DNA of 64,000 nt, taken from positions 32,001-96,000 of the forward strand of contig JAVKHQ010000005.1 in the NCBI GenBank assembly GCA_031459875.1, given 5' to 3'. The position numbers and the translations under genes are program-made. This DNA comes from Candidatus Fervidifonticultor sextus. Its GTDB lineage: Bacteria > Sysuimicrobiota > Sysuimicrobiia > Sysuimicrobiales > Humicultoraceae. Each line of letters starts with the position of its first letter. Position 1 is the stretch's first letter. Of this stretch, positions 29,765-40,130 are shown piece after piece. The notes beneath the pieces are model-generated. The model saw only the letters and a program-made list of their open reading frames with translations, was not told the origin of the DNA and did not search any database.

Positions 29765-29899
29765 GACGCCACTCCACGAGAAGGTCGCGCCCGGTCACCC
29801 GGTCAGCTGACGGCCTACCTGTCTTGAATTGTTCAGCAGGCCCGGACGGCCCGCAAGGAGAAACATTCGCAAAACTTCGCAGGTCGTGGGGGACATCCG

Positions 29900-31258
29900 A
29901 TGCTCCGCCTCTCGCTCACGGACAGGCGGGTTACCGCAGAAGGGCGGCCGCTGGCCCTCAGCCCGGCGTTTTTCCAACTGTACTGCCTGCTGGCCTACGA
30001 GCGCGCCTCCGGCCGTGATCGGTTCGTCACCGTCCGCGACGTCCGGCGCCTCTCCCGGTGGGGACGAGCCACCCCCGACAGCATCGGGAAGAGCATTCAC
30101 CGCCACGTCCGCCGGGCGCAGCGCGCCGGATGGGACCTCATCGAGTCTCCGCCCAGGGCAGCGACGAAGTTGTTTCGGCTGAAGGACGCCCATGTCGTAT
30201 TCGATACGCCGCTGTCCGCCGTCGAGAGTTTCCTCGGCCTCGATCTCGCCGTCACGACTCCATCGTACCCGTGGCCCGGCGGGCGATCGCCGGCCGTCGA
30301 TAGGATGTTCAGGTTCTTGTGGGCGATGGTGCGGGCACGGATGGAGCTGGAGCGCGGCGACTTAGTCAGAGCCCGGTCCATGATCGAGGAGGCCGAACGG
30401 GTAGAAGGACAGCGCCCCAGAGACCGCATCCTGCTCCTCCTGCTGACCTCCAGCATCCTGGAGCACGAAGGGCGGTTCGACGAAGCGCTGGCGAAGGCGC
30501 AGGATGCCCTGGCAATGTGCCGCGCTCACGGCGGCGATTACCTGACGCTGGCCCGCGCCTGCATCCGGGTGGGGTTCCTGGGCGCAATGCTGCGGCAGCC
30601 GCACCGCTACGGGGAAGCCCGCGACCTGTACCTGGAAGCCCAGAGGCTCATCGAGGGTTCCCAGCACCTGATCGAGCTCTCGCAGATCGCCACGGGGCTC
30701 GGACATCTGGCTCGGAGGGCACACGATCTGGATGATGCGCTGGCCTACTTCATCCGCGCCCTCGAGTACGCCGCGGCGGAGGCCTGGGGGTGGGGCATTC
30801 AGGCAGGTCTGTTCAATCTGGGCCTGGTCCAGGCGGAGCGCGGTGACAGCCTGCAAGACCAGCGCGCCCGCCAGGCCGCCTACCTGGAGGCCCGCGCCTG
30901 GTTGGAGCGAGCGGTGGAGTTTGTGGACCGGACCGGCATCGGCCGGTATTCCAGCGAAGGGCTGTCGGTGATGGCCCACGTCCTGCTGCGCCTGGGCCGA
31001 GGTAGAGCGGCCGTCGTCTGGGCCAGAGCGGCCCTGGATCGCGCACGGGCGGTGCAGAACAGGAAGAGCCGGGCCGTGGCACTGGAAACCCTCGGAGAGG
31101 CCCTCTGCGCCATTGGTGACCGGGCAGAGGGAATCAGGGCGCTGCGGGAAGCATACTCCGAGTATGGGGCCATGGGCTTCGAGCCCGATGCCCGGCGCGT
31201 CCTGCACCTGATCGCTGAAGCCAGGAGCCGCCGGCGGGGCGGCAAGCCCCGACCGTGA
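29900..31258 (+). CDS. Putative regulator: winged-helix-like N-terminus plus TPR repeats
   Basis: N-terminus resembles OmpR-type wHTH ([22 protein letters not shown]); helical TPR-like repeats ([39 protein letters not shown]). Confidence 0.65.
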   Translation: MLRLSLTDRRVTAEGRPLALSPAFFQLYCLLAYERASGRDRFVTVRDVRRLSRWGRATPDSIGKSIHRHVRRAQRAGWDLIESPPRAATKLFRLKDAHVVFDTPLSAVESFLGLDLAVTTPSYPWPGGRSPAVDRMFRFLWAMVRARMELERGDLVRARSMIEEAERVEGQRPRDRILLLLLTSSILEHEGRFDEALAKAQDALAMCRAHGGDYLTLARACIRVGFLGAMLRQPHRYGEARDLYLEAQRLIEGSQHLIELSQIATGLGHLARRAHDLDDALAYFIRALEYAAAEAWGWGIQAGLFNLGLVQAERGDSLQDQRARQAAYLEARAWLERAVEFVDRTGIGRYSSEGLSVMAHVLLRLGRGRAAVVWARAALDRARAVQNRKSRAVALETLGEALCAIGDRAEGIRALREAYSEYGAMGFEPDARRVLHLIAEARSRRRGGKPRP

Positions 31259-31283
31259 CGGTTACAGGCGGACAGGGGATGGC

Positions 31284-31868
31284 ATGAGCGGCACCGGCGG
31301 GAACATCGAGGTTATCTGCGGGAGTATGTTCAGCGGGAAGACTGAGGAGTTGATCCGTCGGGTGCGGCGCGCCCAGATCGCCCGGCAGCGGGTTCAGGTG
31401 TTCAAGCACGCGCTGGACGACCGCTACGCGGTCGGGGCGATCACCTCCCATGACGGCGGGCGCATCGAGGCGGTGCCGGTCACCACCAGCGCGGAGATCC
31501 TGGCGCAGGTGCATTCTGAGACCGGCGTGGTGGCCGTCGACGAGGTCCAGTTCCTCGACGACGGCATCCGCCAGGTGGCCCAGACCCTCGCCGCCCGCGG
31601 CGTCCGCGTGATCCTGGCCGGTCTGGATGTGGACTTTCGCGGCGAACCGTTCGGTCCGATGGGGTATCTGCTGGCGGTCGCCGAGGAGGTCACCAAACTG
31701 CAGGCCATCTGCATGATCTGCGGAGCGCCGGCCACCCGGACACAGCGCCTGGTGGACGGCCGGCCCGCGCACTACACCGACCCGGTGATCTTCATCGGCG
31801 CCGGCGAAGCCTACCAGGCCCGCTGCCGGCGCTGCCACGAGGTGCCGGGCCGGCCGGGCGAACCCTGA
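31284..31868 (+). CDS. tdk: Thymidine kinase
   Basis: [46 protein letters not shown]. Confidence 0.97.
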   Translation: MSGTGGNIEVICGSMFSGKTEELIRRVRRAQIARQRVQVFKHALDDRYAVGAITSHDGGRIEAVPVTTSAEILAQVHSETGVVAVDEVQFLDDGIRQVAQTLAARGVRVILAGLDVDFRGEPFGPMGYLLAVAEEVTKLQAICMICGAPATRTQRLVDGRPAHYTDPVIFIGAGEAYQARCRRCHEVPGRPGEP

Positions 31869-31924
31869 CTGTGCGGGTTCGCGGGCGGCTGGGGTCCCGT
31901 ACTATAATCGGGACGGTGAACTCG

Positions 31925-33004
31925 ATGGATGCCAGACTCAAGGCCCGCCTGGAGGCGCTGGAGGCCCGCTACGAGGCCCTGGCGGCCCAGATGGCCGACC
32001 CGGCGGTGCTGGCGGATCAGGCCCGCTACCAGGAGGCGGCGCGGGAGTACGCCGAACTGGAGGGGACGGTGACGCGTTTCCGCGCGTACCGCGAAGCCAG
32101 CCGCCAGGCCGCCGAGGCCGAGGCGATGGCGCGGGAGGAGGCCGACCCCGACCTCCGCGAAATGGCGAGGGGTGAGGTCGCCCGGCTGGCGGAACGGCTC
32201 GCCGGCCTGGAGGCCGACCTCCAGCGCCGGCTGCTGCCGCCTGACCCCCTCGACGAGCGCCACATCATCGTCGAAATCCGGGCCGGGACCGGCGGCGACG
32301 AGGCCGCGCTCTTTGCCGGGGACCTGCTCCGCATGTACACGCGCTACGCCGAGCGCCACCGCTGGAAGTCCGAGGTGCTCTCGGCGAGCCCGACCGGCAT
32401 CGGGGGGTTCAAGGAGGTCGTCGTGGCCATCGCCGGCCGGGGCGCCTACAGCCGGCTGAAGTACGAGAGCGGCGTCCACCGCGTCCAGCGGGTCCCGGTG
32501 ACCGAGTCGTCCGGCCGCATCCACACCTCCACGGCGACCGTGGCGGTCCTGCCCGAGGCTGAGGAAGTGGACGTCGTCGTCCGGCCCGAGGACCTGGAGA
32601 TCGAGACCTACCGGGCCGGGGGGGCCGGGGGCCAGAACGTCAACAAGGTCGAGACGGCGGTCCGCATCAGGCACCGGCCCACCGGTCTGGTCGTGACCTG
32701 TCAGGACGAGCGCTCGCAGTTCCAGAACCGCGAGAAGGCCATGCGCATCCTGCGGGCGCACCTGCTGGAGCGGGCCGAGCGCGAGCAGGCCGAGGCGATC
32801 GCGAGGCAGCGCCGCCAGCAGGTGGGCACGGCGGAGCGCAGCGAGAAGATCCGGACCTACAACTTTCCCCAGAACCGGGTCACCGACCACCGCATCGGTC
32901 TCAGTCTCCACCGGCTCGAGACTGTGCTGGACGGCGACCTCGACGAGTTGATCGAGGCCCTCACCGCCGCCGATCGGGCCGCCCAGCTCGCCGCGGTGGA
33001 CTGA
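31925..33004 (+). CDS. prfA: Peptide chain release factor 1
   Basis: [23 protein letters not shown] (PxT), [30 protein letters not shown] at 31903. Confidence 0.97.
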   Translation: MDARLKARLEALEARYEALAAQMADPAVLADQARYQEAAREYAELEGTVTRFRAYREASRQAAEAEAMAREEADPDLREMARGEVARLAERLAGLEADLQRRLLPPDPLDERHIIVEIRAGTGGDEAALFAGDLLRMYTRYAERHRWKSEVLSASPTGIGGFKEVVVAIAGRGAYSRLKYESGVHRVQRVPVTESSGRIHTSTATVAVLPEAEEVDVVVRPEDLEIETYRAGGAGGQNVNKVETAVRIRHRPTGLVVTCQDERSQFQNREKAMRILRAHLLERAEREQAEAIARQRRQQVGTAERSEKIRTYNFPQNRVTDHRIGLSLHRLETVLDGDLDELIEALTAADRAAQLAAVD

Positions 33005-33028
33005 TCCCCCGGGAACCTGACTGCCGCC

Positions 33029-33886
33029 GTGAGGACCGTCGCCGAGGCCTGGATGGCCGGCCGCGAGCACCTGGCCGCATTGGGCGTGGAGGAGGCCGCG
33101 ATCACCGCGGAAGTCCTGCTCCGGCACGCCCTGGGCTGGACCCGCACCGAACTCTATCTGGCCTGGCACCGCCCCCTCGACGAGGCGGCCTGGACGCGCT
33201 TCCAGGCCCTCCTGGACGCCCGGGCGGCAGGACGGCCGGTGGCATATATCGTCGGCCGGCGGGAGTTCATGGCACTGGACTTTCTGGTGGATGAACGGGT
33301 CCTCATCCCCAGGCCCGAAACCGAGGTGCTGGTGGAGGCGGCGCTGGAGGCGGTCCGCGACGTCCCGGCACCGGCCATCGCCGACATCGGCACCGGCAGC
33401 GGCGCTATCGCCGTGAGCCTGGCGGTCCTGCGTCCGGACGCCGCCATCGTCGCCACGGACCTCTCCCAGGATGCCCTGGAGGTGGCCCGGACCAACGCCG
33501 ACCGGCACGGCGTGGCCGACCGGATCCGCTTCCTCCAGGGCGACCTGTTAGCCCCGGTCGCCGCCGCCGGCATGCGCCTGGACCTGGTGGCCTGCAACCC
33601 CCCCTACGTCTCCCCTGAGGCGGCGGGGGGGCTGCCCAGGGAGATCCGGGAGTTCGAGCCGGCCGTCGCGGTGGTGGCTCCCGGGGACCCCCTGGACCTC
33701 CACCGCCGGCTGGTCACCACGGCGCCCGGGGTCCTGCGGCCACGAGGCTGGCTGGTGGTGGAGGTCGGAGCAGGCCAGGCCCCGCGTGTGGTCGAACTGT
33801 TCAATCAGGCGGGCGCCTACGAGGCTCCAGTCACAAGACGGGATGGCCTCGGGTGGGATCGGGTCGTGGCCGCGCGCATCCGGTGA
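33029..33886 (+). CDS. prmC: Release factor glutamine methyltransferase
   Basis: VLIPRPETE, DIGTGSGAIA, NPPY; follows prfA. Confidence 0.95.
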   Translation: MRTVAEAWMAGREHLAALGVEEAAITAEVLLRHALGWTRTELYLAWHRPLDEAAWTRFQALLDARAAGRPVAYIVGRREFMALDFLVDERVLIPRPETEVLVEAALEAVRDVPAPAIADIGTGSGAIAVSLAVLRPDAAIVATDLSQDALEVARTNADRHGVADRIRFLQGDLLAPVAAAGMRLDLVACNPPYVSPEAAGGLPREIREFEPAVAVVAPGDPLDLHRRLVTTAPGVLRPRGWLVVEVGAGQAPRVVELFNQAGAYEAPVTRRDGLGWDRVVAARIR

Positions 33887-33889
33887 GCC

Positions 33890-34387
33890 ATGAATGAGAA
33901 AGGCCGACCGGCGAACTACTACGCGCTCACCTTCCAGCCGGCGGTGGATCGATCTCAGGAGCCCATCGTGATCCTCCGAGTGGATCCGCGCGATGATGCC
34001 GTGCCGCGCAGGGCGGTGGAGGTGCTCCGCGCAGGCGGGCTGATCGTCTTTCCCGCCGACGACGGCTACCTGGTCGGGTGCTCGGCGCTGGATCCTGAAG
34101 CGGTCCAACGGCTGTGCGAGGTCACCGGTGTCAGGCGCGAGGCCCTCACCTATTTCGCCGGCTCGCCGGAGCACGCCGCCCGCCTGGACGCGCCGACCCG
34201 CCCGCTCCACCATCCCGTACCGCTGGCGCTGATGCGCGCCACCGGAGTGCCGCTGGCGGCGACGCCCTGCCGGCCCGATGGGCCACCGGCGCCGTCGGCC
34301 CAGCACGCCGTCTTCATCCTGGGGGACGCCGCGGATCTGGTTTTGGACGCCGGACCGATCCGGCAGCCGGCTCCCGCAGGCAGGTAA
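33890..34387 (+). CDS. Short, degenerate Sua5/YrdC/TsaC family protein
   Basis: AVEVLRAGGLIVFPADDGYLVGC, HPVPLALMRATGVPLAAT, DLVLDAG; syntenic position after prmC. Confidence 0.7.
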   Translation: MNEKGRPANYYALTFQPAVDRSQEPIVILRVDPRDDAVPRRAVEVLRAGGLIVFPADDGYLVGCSALDPEAVQRLCEVTGVRREALTYFAGSPEHAARLDAPTRPLHHPVPLALMRATGVPLAATPCRPDGPPAPSAQHAVFILGDAADLVLDAGPIRQPAPAGR

Positions 34388-34391
34388 GACC

Positions 34392-34847
34392 GTGCGCATC
34401 GTGATCGGAGGTGACCACGCGGGGGTGCTCCTCAAGGCGGAGATCGCGCGCCTGCTGCTGGAACTGGGTCACGAGGTGCGAGATCTGGGTACCAACACCG
34501 TGCAGCCGGTGGACTACCCCGACTACTGCATCCCGGTGGCCGAGGCGGTCGCGCGCGGGGAGGCCGATCGGGGCATCATCTTCGGCGGGACGGGCAACGG
34601 CGAGGCCATGGCGGCCAACAAGGTGATGGGGATTCGATGCGCCGTCTGCCACGATGTCACCACGGCGCGCCTGGCGCGATCCCACAACGACGCCAACATG
34701 CTCGCGCTGGGCGCCCGGATCGTGGGGACCGAGGTCGCCAAGGAGATCGTCCGGACGTTCCTGGCAACCCCGTTTGAAGGGGGACGGCACATCCCGAGGA
34801 TCGAGAAGATTCACAGGTACGAGCGGGAGCGCAGGCTCCCGCCGTAG
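34392..34847 (+). CDS. rpiB: Ribose-5-phosphate isomerase B
   Basis: GGDHAG, VDYPDY, GGTGNGE, ANKV, HNDANMLALGAR, FEGGRH. Confidence 0.95.
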   Translation: MRIVIGGDHAGVLLKAEIARLLLELGHEVRDLGTNTVQPVDYPDYCIPVAEAVARGEADRGIIFGGTGNGEAMAANKVMGIRCAVCHDVTTARLARSHNDANMLALGARIVGTEVAKEIVRTFLATPFEGGRHIPRIEKIHRYERERRLPP

Positions 34848-34886
34848 CACGACGAGGCCGGCATACTTCAGGGGAGGTGACAGGGG

Positions 34887-35300
34887 ATGCCTGATACGGT
34901 CCGTCTGGTGGACTACTACTATGTCACAGTGCCCGACAAGCCGGGCGAGGGAGCGCGCGCCCTCAGTTATCTCAAGGAGGCCGGCGTGAACCTCATGACC
35001 CTGCATGCCTTTCCCAGCGGCCGCCGGGCGCAGGTGGACTTCGTGCCTTCGGACGCGGCCGCGTTTCGCACCGCGGCGCGGAAGGCGGGGTGGAAGCTCG
35101 TGGGCCCGAAGAAGGCGTTCCTGATCGAGGGCGAAGACCGGGTCGGTGCCCTGGTGGACTACTTCACGAAGCTGGGCGAGGCGAAGATCAACGTCACCGC
35201 CTCCACTGCCATCGCCGCCGGCATGGGCCGGTTCGGCGCCATCCTCTGGGTGAAGGCGCGCGACGTCAAGCGGGCGGCCAAGGCCCTGGGCGTCGGGTAG
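34887..35300 (+). CDS. Tandem ACT-domain protein
   Basis: VPDKPGEGARALSYLKEAGVNL and EDRVGALVDYFTKLGEAKINV. Confidence 0.8.
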   Translation: MPDTVRLVDYYYVTVPDKPGEGARALSYLKEAGVNLMTLHAFPSGRRAQVDFVPSDAAAFRTAARKAGWKLVGPKKAFLIEGEDRVGALVDYFTKLGEAKINVTASTAIAAGMGRFGAILWVKARDVKRAAKALGVG

Positions 35301-35321
35301 GCTCCACCGGCAACAGGAGTG

Positions 35322-35352
35322 CAGACCGGGCCGGGATTCCCGGCCCGGTCTG
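35322..35352. terminator. Probable bidirectional terminator between the ACT gene and glyA
   Basis: CAGACCGGGCCGGG-ATT-CCCGGCCCGGTCTG 14-bp perfect stem between convergent genes. Confidence 0.7.
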
Positions 35353-35366
35353 TTGGACTGGTATCC

Positions 35367-36695
35367 TCACGCGATCCCCGGGACCGGGAACCGGCGACAC
35401 CACGCCCGGACCTCCTCCCGGACCGCCGCCAGACGGGCGTTGGCCCGGAGGGCGGTGCGGAACGTCCTCAGCACCTGACTCCGCGCCTCGCGGTCCTCCG
35501 GCAACTGGTATTCGCGGATCTCGTCGTGCACCAGGGCCATCCACTGCGCCAGTTGGATCATCTCGGGTTCGCGCATGCCGCGGGTGGTGGCTGCCGGCGT
35601 CCCCAGGCGGATGCCTGAGGGGTAGAAGGCCGAGGATGGTTCGCCCGGGACGGTGTTCTTGTTGACCGTGATCCCCACGGCGTCGAGGGCCTCCTGCATG
35701 AAGACGCCCCGGCCGATCCCGCCGGGTCGGAGGTCGACGAGCAGCATGTGGTTGTCGGTGCCGCCTGTCACCAGTGTAAACCCTCGTTCCGCAAGCGCCG
35801 CCGCCAGCGCCCTGGCGTTGGCCACGATCTGCGCCGCGTAGGCTGCGAACTCCGGCTTCATCGCTTCTCCCAGACACACGGCGATCGCCGCTGTGGTGTG
35901 GTCGTGGGGCCCCCCCTGCAGGCCGGGGAAGACGGCGCGGTCGATCTTCTCGGCCAGGTCGGGATCCTTGGCCAGGCCGCGGTCGGTGACCAGGATCATG
36001 GCGCCCCTGGGCCCCCGCAGCGTCTTGTGGGTCGTGGTGGTGATGATGTGGGCGTGCGGGGTCGGGCTGGGGTGGACGCCGCCGGCGACCAGGCCGGCGA
36101 TATGGGCGATGTCCGCGGCGAAGTAGGCGCCCACCTCATCGGCCACGGCGGCGAACTCGGCAAACGGAAATTCGCGCACATAGGCGGTGGCCCCGCACCA
36201 GATCAGCCGGGGCCGGTGCTCCCGCGCCAGACGCCGGACCTCGTCCAGATCGATGTACCCGTCGGCCCGGACGTGGTAGGGGACGCTCCGGTAGTAGGTG
36301 CCAGTGGCGCTGACCTTCCAACCGTGGGTCAGGTGTCCGCCGTCGGGCAGGTTCTGGCCCATGACGACGTCCCCGGGCTGGCAGGTGGCCAGGTAGACGG
36401 CCAGGTTGGCCGGGCTGCCGGAGTAGGGCTGGACGTTGGCGTGCGGCACGCCGAACAGCGCCCGGGCGCGCTGCTGCGCCAGGCGCTCGACCTCGTCGAC
36501 GACCTCGTTGCCCCCGTAGTAGCGCCGCCCGGGATACCCCTCAGAATACTTGTTGGTGAGCACGCTGCCCATCGCCTCGAGCACCGCGGCCGAGACGTAG
36601 TTCTCGGAGGGGATCAGTTCAACCCCGTCCCGCTGCCGGGCCCGCTCGCGCTCGAGCATGGCATACAGCTCTGGATCGTGGGTCTGAAGCACCAT
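35367..36695 (-). CDS. glyA: Serine hydroxymethyltransferase
   Basis: [48 protein letters not shown]. Confidence 0.98.
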   Translation of the reverse strand: MVLQTHDPELYAMLERERARQRDGVELIPSENYVSAAVLEAMGSVLTNKYSEGYPGRRYYGGNEVVDEVERLAQQRARALFGVPHANVQPYSGSPANLAVYLATCQPGDVVMGQNLPDGGHLTHGWKVSATGTYYRSVPYHVRADGYIDLDEVRRLAREHRPRLIWCGATAYVREFPFAEFAAVADEVGAYFAADIAHIAGLVAGGVHPSPTPHAHIITTTTHKTLRGPRGAMILVTDRGLAKDPDLAEKIDRAVFPGLQGGPHDHTTAAIAVCLGEAMKPEFAAYAAQIVANARALAAALAERGFTLVTGGTDNHMLLVDLRPGGIGRGVFMQEALDAVGITVNKNTVPGEPSSAFYPSGIRLGTPAATTRGMREPEMIQLAQWMALVHDEIREYQLPEDREARSQVLRTFRTALRANARLAAVREEVRAWCRRFPVPGIA

Positions 36696-36875
36696 CAGGA
36701 CGCCTCCCGAACGCCGGGATCACCGGACCAGGCCTTCTTTCGGTGCGCAAAGACCGTCTGCCTCCAAAGGCTCATGGTGCCGCAACAGAAGGGCGGAGGC
36801 GACCGCGGGGGAGGAGGGGTGCGTTGCGGCCGCAGCGAAGCCGGTACCATCCCCTCCCGCGCAGGAGGTACCGGC

Positions 36876-37505
36876 ATGCCCACCGTGCACATCTTCGACC
36901 ACCCGCTGATCCGGCACAAGCTCACGATCCTCCGGGACAAGCGCACCGGCCACAAGGAGTTCCGCGAACTGACCGAGGAACTGGCGATGCTCATGGCCTT
37001 TGAGGTGACCCGCGCCCACCCGGTGCGGGAGGTGGAGGTGGAGACGCCGCTGGCGAAGACCACGGGCTGGACCATCGCCGGCCAGGAGATCGCCGCCATC
37101 CCGATCCTGCGGGCCGGGCTCGTCATGGAGTCCGCCATCACCCGGCTGATTCCCACCGCGCGGGTCGGCCACATCGGCATCTACCGGGAGCACGACACCC
37201 TCCAACCGGTCCAGTACTACGCCAAGCTCCCGCCCGACATCGCCGAGCGGGAGGCCATGATCCTGGACCCGATGCTGGCCACCGGCGGCTCCATCGTGGC
37301 CGCCATCGACATCCTCAAGCATAGCGGCTGCCGGACGATCAAGGTCATGGCCATCATCTCCGCCCCGGAGGGGATCAAGAAAGTCCACGACGCGCATCCT
37401 GATGTGGACATCTACACGGCGGCGGTGGACAGCCACCTGAACGAGAAGGGCTACATCGTCCCGGGGCTGGGTGACGCCGGCGACCGGCTCTTCGGGACGA
37501 AGTAG
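36876..37505 (+). CDS. upp: Uracil phosphoribosyltransferase
   Basis: [42 protein letters not shown]. Confidence 0.97.
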   Translation: MPTVHIFDHPLIRHKLTILRDKRTGHKEFRELTEELAMLMAFEVTRAHPVREVEVETPLAKTTGWTIAGQEIAAIPILRAGLVMESAITRLIPTARVGHIGIYREHDTLQPVQYYAKLPPDIAEREAMILDPMLATGGSIVAAIDILKHSGCRTIKVMAIISAPEGIKKVHDAHPDVDIYTAAVDSHLNEKGYIVPGLGDAGDRLFGTK

Positions 37506-37538
37506 CCTCAGTCCACCGTCAGCCGAGGTCGTCGCGGG

Positions 37539-38342
37539 ATGTCGGTCTGGGTCGGGACCTCCGGATACGCCTACGCGCACTGGCGGGGAGTCCTCTATCC
37601 TGCAGACCTTCCGCCACGGCGCTGGCTGGCGCACTACGCGGCCGCGTTCGAGGCGGTCGAGTTGAACGTCACGTTCTACCGCCTGCCCCGGGCGTCCGCC
37701 TTCGAGGCCTGGCGCCAGGGGACGCCGGCCGGATTCCGGTTCGCGGTGAAGGGGAGCCGGTTCATCACCCACCTGAAGCGGCTGGGAGACGCAGGAGAGG
37801 CACTCGCGACGTTCTTCGAGCCGGTCCGACGGCTGGGGCCGAAGCTGGCAGCCGTACTCTGGCAGCTGCCCCCGCGGTTCCGGGCGGACCCCGACCGGCT
37901 CGACCGGTTCCTGAGCCAGGCCGCCCGGGCCGCCGGACGCGTCCGCCGCGCCGGGCCGGTCCGGCACGCGCTGGAGTTCCGCGACCGGTCGTGGTTCAAT
38001 GAGGCTGTCTATGAGGTGCTCCGGCGCCACGATGCCGCGCTCGTGCTGGCCGACGCTCCATTCGAGGTGGTCACCGCGCCGCTGCGGGCGGCCCCCGGGG
38101 GGCGGCTCGACACTGTCAGGGTCCCGGTGGTGAGTTCGTGGATGTACCTGCGCCGCCACGGGTCGCGGGGGGACGGCCGCCTTTCCTACACGGAGGCAGA
38201 ACTGCGCCGCGATGCCGAGGCCATCGCCGCCTGGGCGCGTCGAGGTGACGTCTTCGTCTTCTTCAACAACGACTATGCCGGGCACGCGGTCCGCAATGCC
38301 GCCACGCTCCAGCGGCTCGTCGGTGCCCTGATGGCGGGATGA
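37539..38342 (+). CDS. DUF72 domain protein
   Basis: VGTSGY, VELNVTFY, FAVKGSRFITHLKRL, LWQLPP, EFRDRSW, FFNND. Confidence 0.92.
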   Translation: MSVWVGTSGYAYAHWRGVLYPADLPPRRWLAHYAAAFEAVELNVTFYRLPRASAFEAWRQGTPAGFRFAVKGSRFITHLKRLGDAGEALATFFEPVRRLGPKLAAVLWQLPPRFRADPDRLDRFLSQAARAAGRVRRAGPVRHALEFRDRSWFNEAVYEVLRRHDAALVLADAPFEVVTAPLRAAPGGRLDTVRVPVVSSWMYLRRHGSRGDGRLSYTEAELRRDAEAIAAWARRGDVFVFFNNDYAGHAVRNAATLQRLVGALMAG

Positions 38343-40108
38343 ATGTTCCGCAGGCCGCCGTGGCCCTGATCTGCGTGGCGCTGGCGGTCGCCCTGGGGAG
38401 CCTTCCCACCGGCGCCGTCGTCGGCCGGCGCCTGCGCGGGGTGGACCTGCGGCGCCTCTCGCCCCACAACCTCGGACTGGGCACCGTGGCCGCCCTGGTC
38501 GGCGTCCCGGTCCTCGGGCTGGTGGTGGTCCTGGACCTCCTCAAGGGGATGCTGGCCGTCACGGTCGCCTGGGCGCTGGCGCCGTCGGCATGGACCCTGG
38601 CCGCCGCCTCCGCCGGCGCCATGGCGGGCCACGCGTGGGGGCCGTTTCGGTTCCTGGCGCCACCGGTGGCGGCGCGGCTCAAGGGCGTCGCCGTGGCCTC
38701 CGGCACCGTAGTGATGCTGGCCTGGCTGGGGCAGGTCCCGTGGACCTCGGTGGCGATCCCGGCGGCCGTCGGCGGCGGCACGCTGGCGGCCCCCCGGGCG
38801 TTTGGCCCGCGGTGGGGCTACCTGTCGCTGGCGGCCGTGCTGGCTGCCGCCAGCCTGCCGGTGGCGCTCTGGGCGCTGCGCGCGCCGGTGCCCTACCTCG
38901 TCCTCGCGCTGGCCTACGCGGTCCTGACCCTCTGGAACCACAAAGAGCACCTGCTGCGCATCGCCGACGGCGTCGAGCCCCGCCTGGGCGAGCGCCTGCC
39001 GCTGCCGGGCCTGGACAGCGAGGCGGTCTGCGCGTTCCTCATCCACCCCATGACCGTGCGGGACTTCTGGGAAGCCCGACGGTTCCGGTGGCTCGGGCCG
39101 CTGTACCGGCGCGGCCTGATCCCCGACCGGGTCGTGCGCCAGCTGGCGCGCCTTGCCCGCCCGATGAAGGTCGACGACTGGCACCCCATCATCACCGCCG
39201 ACGGCCGTCGCGCCCGCGTCTACCTGATCGGCGCGCCGCTGCTGCCCGACATGATCCGCTCGGACCCGGCGCTGGCGGTCCGCCGGGCGGTCCAGGCCGC
39301 GCACCTGGCATCGAACCTGGGCGCGACCGTGCTGGGCCTGGGCGCCTTCTGGTCGGTCGTCGGCCACAAGGGCACCGATGTGCAGGCTCAGGCTCCGATC
39401 GCCATCACCAACGGCGGCGCCTATACCGCCGGGACTGTCAGGATGGCCATCCCGCTGGTCCTGGACCGGCTGCGCGGGCGGGGCGTCGAGGTCTCTCGCG
39501 CGGTCGCCGCGGTCGTGGGGGCCAACGGGGTCGTCGGCTTCGGCATCTGCCGGGCCGTGGCAGACCGCGTGGGCCGCCTCATCATGATCGGGACGGATCA
39601 GGAGCGGCTGGAGCGGTCGAGGGAACTGTTGCTGCGCCGGTATCCCAAAACCACGATCGAGGCCACGACGGATCTCGTGCGGCTGCGCCAGGCCGACGTC
39701 ATTTTCACGGCCACCTCCGATCCGCGGCCAGTCATCTTTGCCGACCACGTCCGGCCCGGGTGCCTGCTCTTCGACCTGGGCCGGCCTCCTGATGTGGACG
39801 AGTCGGTGCGGACCGTCCCCGGTGTCGAGGTCATCCCCGGAGGGGTCGTCCGGCTGCCCGGGGATCCTCGGGGACGCATCGAGGATCTGGGCTACGGCCC
39901 CGGGCTGGTGCCCGCCTGCCTGGCCGAGACCATCATCATCGCCCTGGACGGCTGCTTCGACCGCAGGAGCCTGGGCGACCGCACGCGCAGCGAGGACGTG
40001 GACTTCTTTGTCAGTCGCGCCAGCGACCTGGGGTTTCAGGTGCTGACCGCGCTTCCTCCGGCGGTCCGTCCAGGAGTCCCGTCCCCAGGAGTGGAACCCC
40101 ATCCCTGA
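38339..40108 (+). CDS. Fusion: PlsY-like acyltransferase plus acyl-ACP-reductase-like NAD(P)-binding domain
   Basis: N-half GSLPTG, VDLR, DLLKG, GHAW, KGVA, HLLRIADGVE; C-half FLIHP, LGAFWSVVG, TNGGAYTA, GANGVVG, ACLAET. Confidence 0.75.
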   Translation: MNVPQAAVALICVALAVALGSLPTGAVVGRRLRGVDLRRLSPHNLGLGTVAALVGVPVLGLVVVLDLLKGMLAVTVAWALAPSAWTLAAASAGAMAGHAWGPFRFLAPPVAARLKGVAVASGTVVMLAWLGQVPWTSVAIPAAVGGGTLAAPRAFGPRWGYLSLAAVLAAASLPVALWALRAPVPYLVLALAYAVLTLWNHKEHLLRIADGVEPRLGERLPLPGLDSEAVCAFLIHPMTVRDFWEARRFRWLGPLYRRGLIPDRVVRQLARLARPMKVDDWHPIITADGRRARVYLIGAPLLPDMIRSDPALAVRRAVQAAHLASNLGATVLGLGAFWSVVGHKGTDVQAQAPIAITNGGAYTAGTVRMAIPLVLDRLRGRGVEVSRAVAAVVGANGVVGFGICRAVADRVGRLIMIGTDQERLERSRELLLRRYPKTTIEATTDLVRLRQADVIFTATSDPRPVIFADHVRPGCLLFDLGRPPDVDESVRTVPGVEVIPGGVVRLPGDPRGRIEDLGYGPGLVPACLAETIIIALDGCFDRRSLGDRTRSEDVDFFVSRASDLGFQVLTALPPAVRPGVPSPGVEPHP

Positions 40109-40130
40109 GGCACTACCCCAGGAGAGGCCC

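Noticed and set aside
31894..31914. GTCCCG/CGGGAC inverted repeat around the prfA -10 as an operator
   Set aside because: A 6-bp GC-rich arm is expected by chance; no supporting regulator.
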